Shown in pieces: positions 1 to 7,261 of a stretch of 12,747 nt of DNA. Source of the DNA: a virus (taxonomy: Duplodnaviria > Heunggongvirae > Uroviricota > Caudoviricetes); the IMG/VR virus record IMGVR_UViG_2531839474_000002; one strand, 5' to 3'. The notes beneath the pieces were generated by a model. That model made no database searches. It saw only the letters and a list, made by a program, of their open reading frames with translations, and had not been told where the DNA came from. Position 1 is the stretch's first letter. The number at the start of each line of letters is the position of its first letter. The translations under genes were made by a program, and so were the position numbers.

Positions 1-116
1 ATTTTCTTCACAACTAACTCTTTAATCTATTAATTATATTGGCATACTCAACCACAAAACCTCCAGCAGTTTTGCCATCTTTGCTTTCCTAACAAACATC
101 CACCGGACATGACAAC

Positions 117-142
117 AAAAACCGGAGCCGGACTCCGGTTTT
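117..142 (-). terminator. Rho-independent, potentially bidirectional terminator at the end of the tail fibre gene cluster
   Basis: Stem CCGGAG (122..127) pairs with CTCCGG (133..138) around a 5-nt loop, flanked by an A-run (117..121) and a T-run (139..142). On the minus strand the hairpin is followed by TTTTTGTTGTC, 15 nt after the small-ORF stop. Confidence 0.65.
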
Positions 143-156
143 GTGAAGCTGTCGGG

Positions 157-426
157 TTACTTCATCCCGCCAATATTTTCCCACGTCCCGTCAGCACGCA
201 GGATTTGCAGCGGTCTTACCACACACTGTATCTGCTTTTTATCCGCATCCAGTATCACCACCTGCGTGATTACCCTGGCCTGCTCCGGAATAATACCATT
301 CTCATCTGACTCCAGAATGTCTGCCGGCCCCAGACGCAGTTGTGCTGTAAGCGACTGCACGTGTTCACGGCCATCATGCTTTCCGCAACCACACAGACAC
401 TGCATAAGTTTTTTTAGTATATTCAT
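157..426 (-). CDS. Hypothetical small protein (89 aa) translationally coupled to stf; function unknown, possibly a fibre-associated chaperone or accessory protein
   Basis: ATG at 426 is preceded by a strong AGGAGA ribosome-binding site and lies 1 nt after the stf stop (TGAcATG). Its stop TAA at 159..157 is followed by a terminator hairpin. Protein MNILKKLMQCLCGCGKHDGREHVQSLTAQ... has an N-terminal Cys/His cluster (C-x-C-x-C-x2-H-x4-H). It does not resemble the lambda Tfa sequence as I recall it. The ORF-track start 44 codons upstream overlaps stf and is rejected. Confidence 0.6.
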   Translation of the reverse strand: MNILKKLMQCLCGCGKHDGREHVQSLTAQLRLGPADILESDENGIIPEQARVITQVVILDADKKQIQCVVRPLQILRADGTWENIGGMK

Positions 427-427
427 G

Positions 428-1741
428 TCATTCTCCTGTTCTGCCTGTATCACTGCCCACTTCATCCAGCCCCTTAACATCCTGCCACGGCCCGTCACCA
501 AACCTGACCTGCAAATGCCGAAAAAACCCCTGAACCCGTGTGGCATCTTTGGGGTCAAGAAAGGTCAGTCCGGTGATGAGCGCACCATCTGTACCCGGGA
601 ACCAGCCATTGCTGTTTGTCTCAATAATGCTCCCCGGCCCCAGACGAAAACGGATTTGTGTCTCCCCCGGGTCGCCCTTCGGTCCCTGAGGTCCGGTTGC
701 CCCCACCGGGCCAGCCGCACCTGTTTCTCCTTTCGGTCCCTGTGGGCCTGCCGGGCCTGCCGCACCGGTATCTCCCTTTGGACCCTGTGGACCTGCACTT
801 CCCGTCAGACCGGTCTCTCCCCGCTCTCCCATGTCACCTTTCGGCCCCTGCGGGCCTGCCGGACCAGCATCACCTGCCGGTCCCCGTTCGCCGGTTGCCC
901 CGACAGGGCCGGTGTCACCGCGCTCTCCCTTATCACCCTTCGGCCCCTGAGGACCCGCGGGCCCCTGTTCCCCCTTTGGCCCGGGAGGTCCCACCACGGT
1001 GGGGATTCGGTTTACGGCCTCTTCCGCCGCTATCCTGCTTTGTTCCGCTGACTGTGCGCTTTCTGCTGACTCCCGGGCTTTTTCTGTTGCGGTCGTTGCA
1101 TCCCTGGCTGCATTACCGGCTGCACTTTCTGCCGTCTTTCTTGACAATTCAGCATCTGCTGCACTTTGTGATGACTCACTGGCTTTTTGAGCGGCCGCAG
1201 AGGCCGAGGACGAGGACGCATCCTCTGACTGCTTTGCTGAGGCTGCACTTTCTGCCGCCTGCCGGGCTGACTCCGATGCCTCCCCTGCTGAAGTGTCAGC
1301 ATTTGCAGCGCTCTCTTCTGCCTGACTGGCTGATATGCCGGCATTCCTCGCTGACGTCTCCGCCTCTCCGGCATTCTTCTTCGCCTCCTCAGCGTGACGC
1401 GCCACCTCTTCCACCATCAGTTCAAAACGACGCAGTGCCTCCGGCCGGACATCATCCTCCGACATGGCACCGAGAAAATCATTCAGCGTACCCGGCTGAG
1501 AATCTTCATACACGGTGATGGTCCCGGCATGTGACGGCGGGAATCCCTCCACCAACAGAATGACGCTGTACTGACCATACTCAACGTCCATTGTGTAACG
1601 CCCGGCTTCATCCGGATTTTCTGAGGCCACCGTGTTCACCACCACCGTGGTGCTGTTACGTCTGGCTTTCAGCTGGATTGTGCAGTTCTGTACCGGTTTT
1701 CCTGTGCCGTCTTTCAGTACACCTGAAATCTTTACTGCCAT
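428..1741 (-). CDS. stf: Side tail fibre protein (437 aa): lambda Stf-type N-terminal anchor, Ala/Ser/Glu-rich helical region, collagen-like Gly-X-Y domain, short C-terminal domain
   Basis: ATG at 1741 preceded by GGGGTGA; the ORF-track start is an upstream GTG. The N-terminus MAVKISGVLKDGTGKPVQNCTIQLKARRNSTTVVVNTV... matches the recalled lambda Stf N-terminus. Residues ~112-250 are low-complexity A/S/E/Q (likely coiled coil). Residues ~253-362 form about 36 uninterrupted Gly-X-Y triplets (GPPGPKGEQGPAGPQGPKGD...). The last 77 aa are unrelated to lambda Stf. Confidence 0.9.
   Translation of the reverse strand: MAVKISGVLKDGTGKPVQNCTIQLKARRNSTTVVVNTVASENPDEAGRYTMDVEYGQYSVILLVEGFPPSHAGTITVYEDSQPGTLNDFLGAMSEDDVRPEALRRFELMVEEVARHAEEAKKNAGEAETSARNAGISASQAEESAANADTSAGEASESARQAAESAASAKQSEDASSSSASAAAQKASESSQSAADAELSRKTAESAAGNAARDATTATEKARESAESAQSAEQSRIAAEEAVNRIPTVVGPPGPKGEQGPAGPQGPKGDKGERGDTGPVGATGERGPAGDAGPAGPQGPKGDMGERGETGLTGSAGPQGPKGDTGAAGPAGPQGPKGETGAAGPVGATGPQGPKGDPGETQIRFRLGPGSIIETNSNGWFPGTDGALITGLTFLDPKDATRVQGFFRHLQVRFGDGPWQDVKGLDEVGSDTGRTGE
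662..991 (-). repeat. Collagen-like Gly-X-Y coding repeat (about 36 triplets, 9-nt periodicity at the DNA level)
   Basis: Near-identical DNA units recur in phase, for example tcggtccctgtgggcctgccgggcctgcc around 750-780, tcggcccctgcgggcctgccggacc around 840-865 and tcggcccctgaggacccgcgggcc around 940-965. This is coding repeat within stf, not a CRISPR array. Confidence 0.9.
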
Positions 1742-1749
1742 ATTCACCC

Positions 1750-1779
1750 CACAAAAAAGCCCGCCTGAACCGGCGGGCT
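1750..1779 (-). terminator. Rho-independent terminator downstream of lom
   Basis: Minus strand reads AGCCCGCC GGTTCA GGCGGGCT (8-bp GC-rich stem, 6-nt loop) followed by TTTTTTGTG. It lies 21 nt after the lom stop and immediately before the stf ribosome-binding site. Confidence 0.7.
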
Positions 1780-1800
1780 GTCATAAAGCTGTGCTACTAA

Positions 1801-2400
1801 TCAGAATTTATAACCGACACCAACGATAAAACCGTCAGTGCGCCAGTCACCGCTGCCGGAGCCTTCATAAGCGACATCAACGGACACAGATTCGGTCGGG
1901 TTAAACTGCACGCCAGCTCCCCACGCCAGAGACGTGTTGCTGTGGCGACCGTCATCACTTCCGGTCAGCACATCGTGCGTTTTCCCCTTGTTGTCAGTTA
2001 CGCGGAGATAATCCCCGGAAAAAGCCGACACACGGCTGTAAGCCACACCCGCCATCGCATACGTGCTGAACCATTCATTCACGCGCACAGATGGCCCCGC
2101 CATCACGCTGAACCAGCGGTTACGCACAGAATCTTCATGCCAGCGGGTATCGCTGTAACGGGTCAGCTGGCGATTCCTGTCTCCTGCATAGCTGAATGAC
2201 GTCACCACCCCCAGTGTGTCCGTAAACTCATAACGGTATTTCACGTTAATCCCGTTCAGATCATCGCTGCCGGGAACGTTCGTCGGGGCATGAAGATACC
2301 CCGCGCTCAGCGTGGACTGATGTTCAGACGCCCATGCAGGCGCACCGGATACGGCCAGACAAATGGCTGCGGACAAAATGGCTGCACAAACTTTACGCAT
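1801..2400 (-). CDS. lom: Lom outer-membrane protein (Ail/PagC/OmpX-family beta-barrel), 199 aa, a lysogenic-conversion moron
   Basis: MRKVCAAILSAAICLAVSGAPAWASE (signal peptide) ... VDVAYEGSGSGDWRTDGFIVGVGYKF, with the C-terminal aromatic residue typical of outer-membrane barrels. Homologous to recalled lambda Lom and in the same position after J. ATG at 2400 preceded by GAGAGG. Confidence 0.95.
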   Translation of the reverse strand: MRKVCAAILSAAICLAVSGAPAWASEHQSTLSAGYLHAPTNVPGSDDLNGINVKYRYEFTDTLGVVTSFSYAGDRNRQLTRYSDTRWHEDSVRNRWFSVMAGPSVRVNEWFSTYAMAGVAYSRVSAFSGDYLRVTDNKGKTHDVLTGSDDGRHSNTSLAWGAGVQFNPTESVSVDVAYEGSGSGDWRTDGFIVGVGYKF

Positions 2401-2424
2401 AATTACCTCTCGCTTTTCTGCAAT

Positions 2425-2448
2425 AAAAAAGGCACCATTTCTGGTGCC
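2425..2448 (-). terminator. Rho-independent terminator downstream of J
   Basis: Minus strand reads GGCACCA GAAA TGGTGCC (7-bp stem, 4-nt loop) followed directly by TTTTTT (plus-strand A-run 2425..2430). It sits 22 nt after the J stop and upstream of lom. Confidence 0.65.
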
Positions 2449-2469
2449 CTTATATGGGTTATAACAATT

Positions 2470-5400
2470 TCAACGAATACTGATGCCGGAAGCGGCTTTT
2501 TTGGTCACAATCACCGTACAGTCGGTGATATTGCCTGCCCCCTGATTCCCTTTCTGGAAAATCTTAAACTCCAGAGTGACGCTTCCCCTGCCACTCGGCA
2601 TATCAATAACCGCACTGTAGCTACCGGGAATGGCCCCTTTAGTTTCTCTGGATGCGATTAATACGCCGTTTTTGCGAACTTCAAAACCATAACCCGTGTA
2701 TCGCGTGCCTCCGGGGTTATTTCCGCTCCCCGGATCGGCATACGCTATACCGTTAAAAATAATGGGCGGAATAATAATCTGACGGTCAAAGTTATGATCA
2801 TCGCTGATGGTGACTGTAACCGTACCGTCTGGTGTTTCCGTGTTACCCCACGTACCGACTTTTTTCGGGAAGGCTTTTGATACAGCTTTAACGAAATCCC
2901 CTCTGACCTGGGTCGCCTCCAGCATGCCCTTAATCGTACAGTTCTGGTTAATCGTGACATTGTTGAGCGTCCCGGAGTTCGCATTCACGTTACCGCTGAT
3001 ATCAGCGTTTTTCGCCGTCAGCCGCCCGTCCGGTGTCAGGGAAAATGCCGGTGGATTGCCGCCGCTGGTGATGGTCGGGGCCGTCAGGCGCTTCAGGAAC
3101 ACGTCGTTCATGAATATCTGATCGCCCTGACCAACAAACATTGGTCGTGTGTTGCCATTAGACGGATCAATAAACGCAATACGGTTAGCGGCAACCAGAA
3201 ACTGGCTCAGCTTGCCTTCCGGCGTGTCCTCCATACTGAGGCCAATACCCGCGACATAATGTTTGCCGTCTTTGGTCTGCTCAATTTTGACAGCCCACAT
3301 GGCATTCCATTTATCGTTGACATCCTTCCACTCTTTCGAAAACTCCTCCAGTTTGCTGGCGTTATCCTCCGTCAGCTCGACTTTTTCCAGCAGCTCCTTG
3401 CCGAGATGAGATTCGGTTATCTTGCCTTTGAAAAAATCCAGGTAACCTTCCGCATCATCGCTCGCCCGACCGACGGCCTCCACGAACACCGATTTGCCAA
3501 CGGTGTTCACACTGCGAACGTAAAAATAATAATCATGGCCCGGTTTGATATTGATACTGGCGGCTATCCAGTACATCCCCGTACCAAGATAGCGGGCTGT
3601 GGTTTCAACCTGCCGGATATCGGCAATCCGCTTTTCCGAAAACCAGAACTCAAACTGTACCGTCGGGTCATAAACCGCAAGATGCGGCGTGGCGGTTATC
3701 TGAAAATAGCCCGGCGTCAGCTCAATCTGTGACGGCGCTGCCGGTGCGGCAATCCTGAACGATACCGACGCCGGGTCACCCTGCTGTCCCCACGCATTTA
3801 CCGCCCGGACTGTCAGCCTGTAGTTCCCCGGCGCCAGTTGCCTGAAACGATATTCGGTTTCCGTCGTCCGGGCCGTGCTGACCAGCCGCTCACTGCCGTC
3901 GTCTGCTGCCACAGTCAGACGAAGCATAAAGCTCACCCCCTTCACCACCTTCGGCGTGTCCCAGCGCGCCAGCACCTGATATTCCCCGCTGTCTGCCGAG
4001 ACTTCGGCGGTCAGGTGCTGCACCGCTGGCGGCGTGACACCATTCACCGTGCCGCTCTGGTCGCCGTCAAAGTGCGCACCGTTATCCACGATAGCCTCTT
4101 TTTCAGGCACATGCTGCACGGCAGTGACAGCGTACGTGCCGTCGTCGTTCTCACGGATACTCACGCAGCGGAACAGGCGCTGGCGCAGCGTCGGCAGCTT
4201 CAGCCCCCACACGCTGTATCCGGCAACGCCGTCAGGAACCCGGCTCACTTTCACCTGCACGCCGTCGGTGACGGACTGGACCTCCACGCTGACCGGACTC
4301 CCCGTCCCGTCGACCAGGCTTATCAGTGTGGTGCCGGAGGCTGGCAGCGTGATTTCACGGTCGAGCGTCAGCGTCCGGGTCTGGCTGTTCACCGCCAGCA
4401 CGCGACCACCGATGCTGATACCCGCATAGTCATCATCGCAGATTTCAATGACGTCTCCCGGCACATGGCGAAGCCCTTCTACACCCACGCTGAAGTCCAC
4501 GGTCTGCGTTTCCAGCAGTTCCGTTTTAATCAGCCACAGCCCGGCGCGGTGCGCCTGCCCCCGGCTGGTACAGCCAAAGGCATCCATCTTCGTGACGTTA
4601 CGACCGTAACGGGCAATGGCCTGCGTGTCTTCAACCAGCTCTGTCGCCGTCTCCCAGCCGTTGTCCGGGTCAATCCAGTTCACCTCAACGGCGTTATGGC
4701 GGTCCTTCAGGGCGCTGAAGCTGTAGCGGAACGGCGCGCCATCATCCGGCATCACCACATTACTGCGGTTATAGGTCCACACCTTATCCGACGGTCGGTC
4801 CTGCACGAACGTCAGCGTCTGCCCGTTCCATACCGGCATACAGCGCATCGCCGAGCAGAAATCACTGAGCACATCCCACGCCTTGCGCTGTGTGGTCAGG
4901 TACGCATTACAGGTGATGCGCGGCTCCGTGCCGCCAAAACCGTCCGGCACCGACTGATCGCAGTACTGGCCGATGACATACAGCGCCCATTTGTCCACAT
5001 CCGCCGCACCGAGACGCTTCCCCATGCCGTAGCGCGGATGGGTCAGCATATCCCACAGACACCAGGCCATATTGTTGCTGTATGCTGGCTTAAACGTTCC
5101 GTCCCAGATACCGCTGTATTGCCGCGTCTGCGGGTTATAGTTCGACGGCACCTGCAGAATGCGCCCGCGAAGATGATAATTACGGCTCACCTGCTGACTG
5201 CCGAACTGTTCCGAGTCCACCTGCACGCCGACCAGTGCCGTGTTCGGGTAGCACTGTTGCACATCGATGATTTCGGTGTATGACGACCAGAGCGTTTTGT
5301 TCTGCAGCTGGTCTGTGGTGCTGTCCGGCGTCATCCTGCGCATCCGGATATTAAACGGGCGCGGCGGCAGGTTACCCACCACCACCGAGGCCAGATACTG

Positions 5401-5883
5401 CGAGGTGGTTTTGCCCTTAATGGTGATGTCTTTTTCCGTCACCCAGCCACCATTACGTTGTATCTGAACCAGCAGGCGGACTTCCGACGGATTCCGGTCC
5501 CCCTTTGAAGTGGTTTCCACCAGTGCCTGCACACCGAAGGTAAAGCGCAGACGGTCGATGTTTGCCGATGTGATGGTCCGGGTAATCGGCGTGTCGTACT
5601 TCACCTCCGTACCCAGCACCGTCTCGGAGCCGGAGGATTCAAATCCCTCCGGCGGTGTCTGCTCCTGCTCACCTGCCCGGAACACCACCGTGACACCGGA
5701 GATATTGGTATTCCCCTCACTGTCCAGCACTGGCGTACTGTTCAGCAGCACACTTTTTAATCCATCCACCGGACCTTCAATCGGCCCTTCACTGATGGCG
5801 TCTATCACGCTCAGCAGCTGGGATGATTTCAGGTTGTCCTTCGCTTCGCGCGGGGTATGCCCCTTACTGCTGCCTTTACCCAT
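2470..5883 (-). CDS. J: Central tail fibre / host specificity protein J (1137 aa), with a divergent C-terminal receptor-binding region
   Basis: ATG at 5883 preceded by GAGAGGA, giving [34 protein letters not shown].... The first ~985 aa match recalled lambda gpJ closely; the last ~150 aa differ substantially although a few motifs remain (DMPSGRGSV, the terminal KK..GIS). The ORF-track start 15 codons upstream is rejected. Stop TGA at 2472..2470. Confidence 0.95.
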   Translation of the reverse strand: MGKGSSKGHTPREAKDNLKSSQLLSVIDAISEGPIEGPVDGLKSVLLNSTPVLDSEGNTNISGVTVVFRAGEQEQTPPEGFESSGSETVLGTEVKYDTPITRTITSANIDRLRFTFGVQALVETTSKGDRNPSEVRLLVQIQRNGGWVTEKDITIKGKTTSQYLASVVVGNLPPRPFNIRMRRMTPDSTTDQLQNKTLWSSYTEIIDVQQCYPNTALVGVQVDSEQFGSQQVSRNYHLRGRILQVPSNYNPQTRQYSGIWDGTFKPAYSNNMAWCLWDMLTHPRYGMGKRLGAADVDKWALYVIGQYCDQSVPDGFGGTEPRITCNAYLTTQRKAWDVLSDFCSAMRCMPVWNGQTLTFVQDRPSDKVWTYNRSNVVMPDDGAPFRYSFSALKDRHNAVEVNWIDPDNGWETATELVEDTQAIARYGRNVTKMDAFGCTSRGQAHRAGLWLIKTELLETQTVDFSVGVEGLRHVPGDVIEICDDDYAGISIGGRVLAVNSQTRTLTLDREITLPASGTTLISLVDGTGSPVSVEVQSVTDGVQVKVSRVPDGVAGYSVWGLKLPTLRQRLFRCVSIRENDDGTYAVTAVQHVPEKEAIVDNGAHFDGDQSGTVNGVTPPAVQHLTAEVSADSGEYQVLARWDTPKVVKGVSFMLRLTVAADDGSERLVSTARTTETEYRFRQLAPGNYRLTVRAVNAWGQQGDPASVSFRIAAPAAPSQIELTPGYFQITATPHLAVYDPTVQFEFWFSEKRIADIRQVETTARYLGTGMYWIAASINIKPGHDYYFYVRSVNTVGKSVFVEAVGRASDDAEGYLDFFKGKITESHLGKELLEKVELTEDNASKLEEFSKEWKDVNDKWNAMWAVKIEQTKDGKHYVAGIGLSMEDTPEGKLSQFLVAANRIAFIDPSNGNTRPMFVGQGDQIFMNDVFLKRLTAPTITSGGNPPAFSLTPDGRLTAKNADISGNVNANSGTLNNVTINQNCTIKGMLEATQVRGDFVKAVSKAFPKKVGTWGNTETPDGTVTVTISDDHNFDRQIIIPPIIFNGIAYADPGSGNNPGGTRYTGYGFEVRKNGVLIASRETKGAIPGSYSAVIDMPSGRGSVTLEFKIFQKGNQGAGNITDCTVIVTKKAASGISIR

Positions 5884-5904
5884 TCCTCTCGCTCCAGAAA
5901 CGAC

Positions 5905-5925
5905 AAAACCGCCCTGAGGCGGTTT
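5905..5925 (-). other. Stem-loop in the I-J intergenic spacer (AAAACCGCC CTGA GGCGGTTTT, plus-strand text)
   Basis: Perfect 5-bp GC stem (5909..5913 pairs with 5918..5922) flanked by an A-run and a T-run, inside the 60-nt spacer between the I stop and the J start. Function unknown. Confidence 0.3.
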
Positions 5926-5943
5926 CACATAAAACGTTTTTCA

Positions 5944-6615
5944 TCAACGACCAATCACCACAACCTGACCACCGTCCCCCTCGTCTGCCGTGCTGATCTC
6001 CTGAGAGACAACACGTGACCCCACGCGCATTTCACCGTACAGAACAGGCAGAACATTGCCCTGGGCAACCATATTGTCCAGTGACGAGAAATACGTGTTC
6101 TGCTTACCGTTATCCGTTGTTTGTGTGCGGGGAGTTCTGGGTTTAGGGGCCAGCATCTGGGCCACACCGCCAAGCACCATACTGGCACCGAGAGAAAACA
6201 GGATGCCGGTCATACCACCGGCACCAATGGCAGCCCCCCATGCTGCAAGGGTGGCTCCGGCGGTAAAGAATGATCCGGCAATGGCGGCTGCTCCCAGGAC
6301 AATCTGGAATACACCACCTGACTTGGCCCCGGCGACTCTGGGAACAATATGAATCACAGCGCCGTCAGGCAGAGCCTCATGTAACTGCGCCGTTAATCCG
6401 GACGTGCTGACATCCTGCCCGGCAATACGCACCTGATACCAGCCGTCGCTCAGTTTCTGACGAAACGCAGGGAGCTGTGTGGCCAGCGCCCGGATGGCTT
6501 CGGCCCCCGTTTTCACACGAAGGTCGATGCGGCGGCCAAATCGTTGCAAATCCCCGTAAAGGCAGATGCGTGCCATGCCCGGTGACGCCAGAGGGAGTGT
6601 GTGCGTCGCTGCCAT
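5944..6615 (-). CDS. I: Tail tip assembly protein I (223 aa)
   Basis: MAATHTLPLASPGMARICLYGDLQRFGRRIDLRVKTGAEAIRALATQLP... matches recalled lambda gpI, including the Gly/Ala-rich hydrophobic segment. ATG at 6615, stop TGA at 5946..5944, start inside the K 3' end. Confidence 0.95.
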   Translation of the reverse strand: MAATHTLPLASPGMARICLYGDLQRFGRRIDLRVKTGAEAIRALATQLPAFRQKLSDGWYQVRIAGQDVSTSGLTAQLHEALPDGAVIHIVPRVAGAKSGGVFQIVLGAAAIAGSFFTAGATLAAWGAAIGAGGMTGILFSLGASMVLGGVAQMLAPKPRTPRTQTTDNGKQNTYFSSLDNMVAQGNVLPVLYGEMRVGSRVVSQEISTADEGDGGQVVVIGR

Positions 6616-7256
6616 TTGTCGGTATACCTCTCTCGTTTGCTCAGTTGTTCAGGAATATGGTGCAGCAGCTCGCCGTCACCACAGTAAATGGCGGCATGAT
6701 TCGGCACCGATGAACCAAAACAGCACAGCAGCACATCGCCCGGCTGCGCCGCTGACAACGGCACCTGATACAGCCCTGTGGCCTCCAGATTATCCAGATA
6801 GAGATTCTGACCGTTACGCCACCAGTCATCCTCGCGGTGAAAATCCGGCATCTCAATCCCCGCCAGATGGTAAGCATCCCGGAACAGCGTGTAACAGTCC
6901 GTCACCCCGTGCTCAAAGCGCCGCCCGGTAAGATGCGGCACACAGCGGAACTTGTGAATCGCCCCCCGGCAGACCAGCCACCACGGCAAATCACTCTGCA
7001 CCTGCAGCCGCCGGTCGGCCTCACTCAGCCAGGGCAGACCACCGGGGTGGCTGTGGACCAGCGCCACAATCTCACCCTGCATCTCTGCCTGCAGCCAGTC
7101 CTCCGGCGACATACGGAAATACGCCTCCGGCTCACCGGAAATATTCACGCCGGGAAAATATCTTTCCCCCTCCGGCGTTCTCACCACGAAGCCGCACGAC
7201 TCCGCTGGCGCACATCGCCGGGCGTGCGCCAGAATCGCTGATTCTGTCTTTGTCAT
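6513..7256 (-). CDS. K: Tail tip assembly protein K, long form (247 aa), with an N-terminal JAB/MPN (JAMM) domain and a C-terminal NlpC/P60-like domain
   Basis: ATG at 7256 lies 5 nt after the L stop. The JAMM signature H-x-H-x7-S-x2-D is present as HSHPGGLPWLSEAD, with a candidate catalytic Glu in AESCGFVV. The C-terminal half has Cys/His residues compatible with a papain-like NlpC/P60 fold. The canonical lambda K annotation (199 aa, as I recall) would correspond to an internal ATG at 7112. The 3' end overlaps I by about 100 nt, as in lambda. Confidence 0.85.
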   Translation of the reverse strand: MTKTESAILAHARRCAPAESCGFVVRTPEGERYFPGVNISGEPEAYFRMSPEDWLQAEMQGEIVALVHSHPGGLPWLSEADRRLQVQSDLPWWLVCRGAIHKFRCVPHLTGRRFEHGVTDCYTLFRDAYHLAGIEMPDFHREDDWWRNGQNLYLDNLEATGLYQVPLSAAQPGDVLLCCFGSSVPNHAAIYCGDGELLHHIPEQLSKRERYTDKWQRRTHSLWRHRAWHASAFTGICNDLAAASTFV

Positions 7257-7261
7257 GGGAT

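Noticed and set aside
662-991. Periodic short repeats that might suggest a CRISPR array or tandem-repeat element
   Set aside because: The period is 9 nt, in frame and inside a continuous ORF encoding Gly-X-Y triplets. There are no 28-37 nt repeats with unique spacers.
1030-1374. Minus-strand Arg/Gln-rich 114-aa ORF and the 565..798 ORF
   Set aside because: Alternate frames of the low-complexity stf coding region with no independent translation signals.
658-1518. Plus-strand proline-rich ORF (286 aa) and the overlapping 143..1051 ORF
   Set aside because: These are antisense or alternate-frame artefacts of the collagen Gly-X-Y and Ala/Ser-rich coding repeats in stf; the Pro-rich composition follows from reading GGN codons in reverse.
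2401-2469. Sigma70 promoter for lom in the J-lom spacer
   Set aside because: Candidate hexamers such as TTGTTA and CATATA are present but with poor spacing, and I could not support a confident -35/-10 pair. It is left as an open question in the lom finding.
3838-5283. Long plus-strand ORF (481 aa) antisense to J
   Set aside because: It lies entirely inside the strongly supported J gene on the opposite strand. The product is Arg/His/Ala-rich, as expected from the antisense of a GC-rich coding region. There is no ribosome-binding site or sensible start context.
5884-5928. Upstream ORF-track start for J ([15 protein letters not shown]...)
   Set aside because: The ATG at 5883 gives the lambda-type N-terminus MGKGSSKGH with an adjacent GAGAGGA site. 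The upstream extension would run through the I-J hairpin and has no ribosome-binding site.
7112-7256. Shorter K start at the internal ATG (7112), which would give the 199-aa form
   Set aside because: The frame is open and tightly coupled to the L stop from 7256, and the upstream 48 codons contain a motif expected for the JAMM active site. I annotate the long form and flag the ambiguity in a finding.
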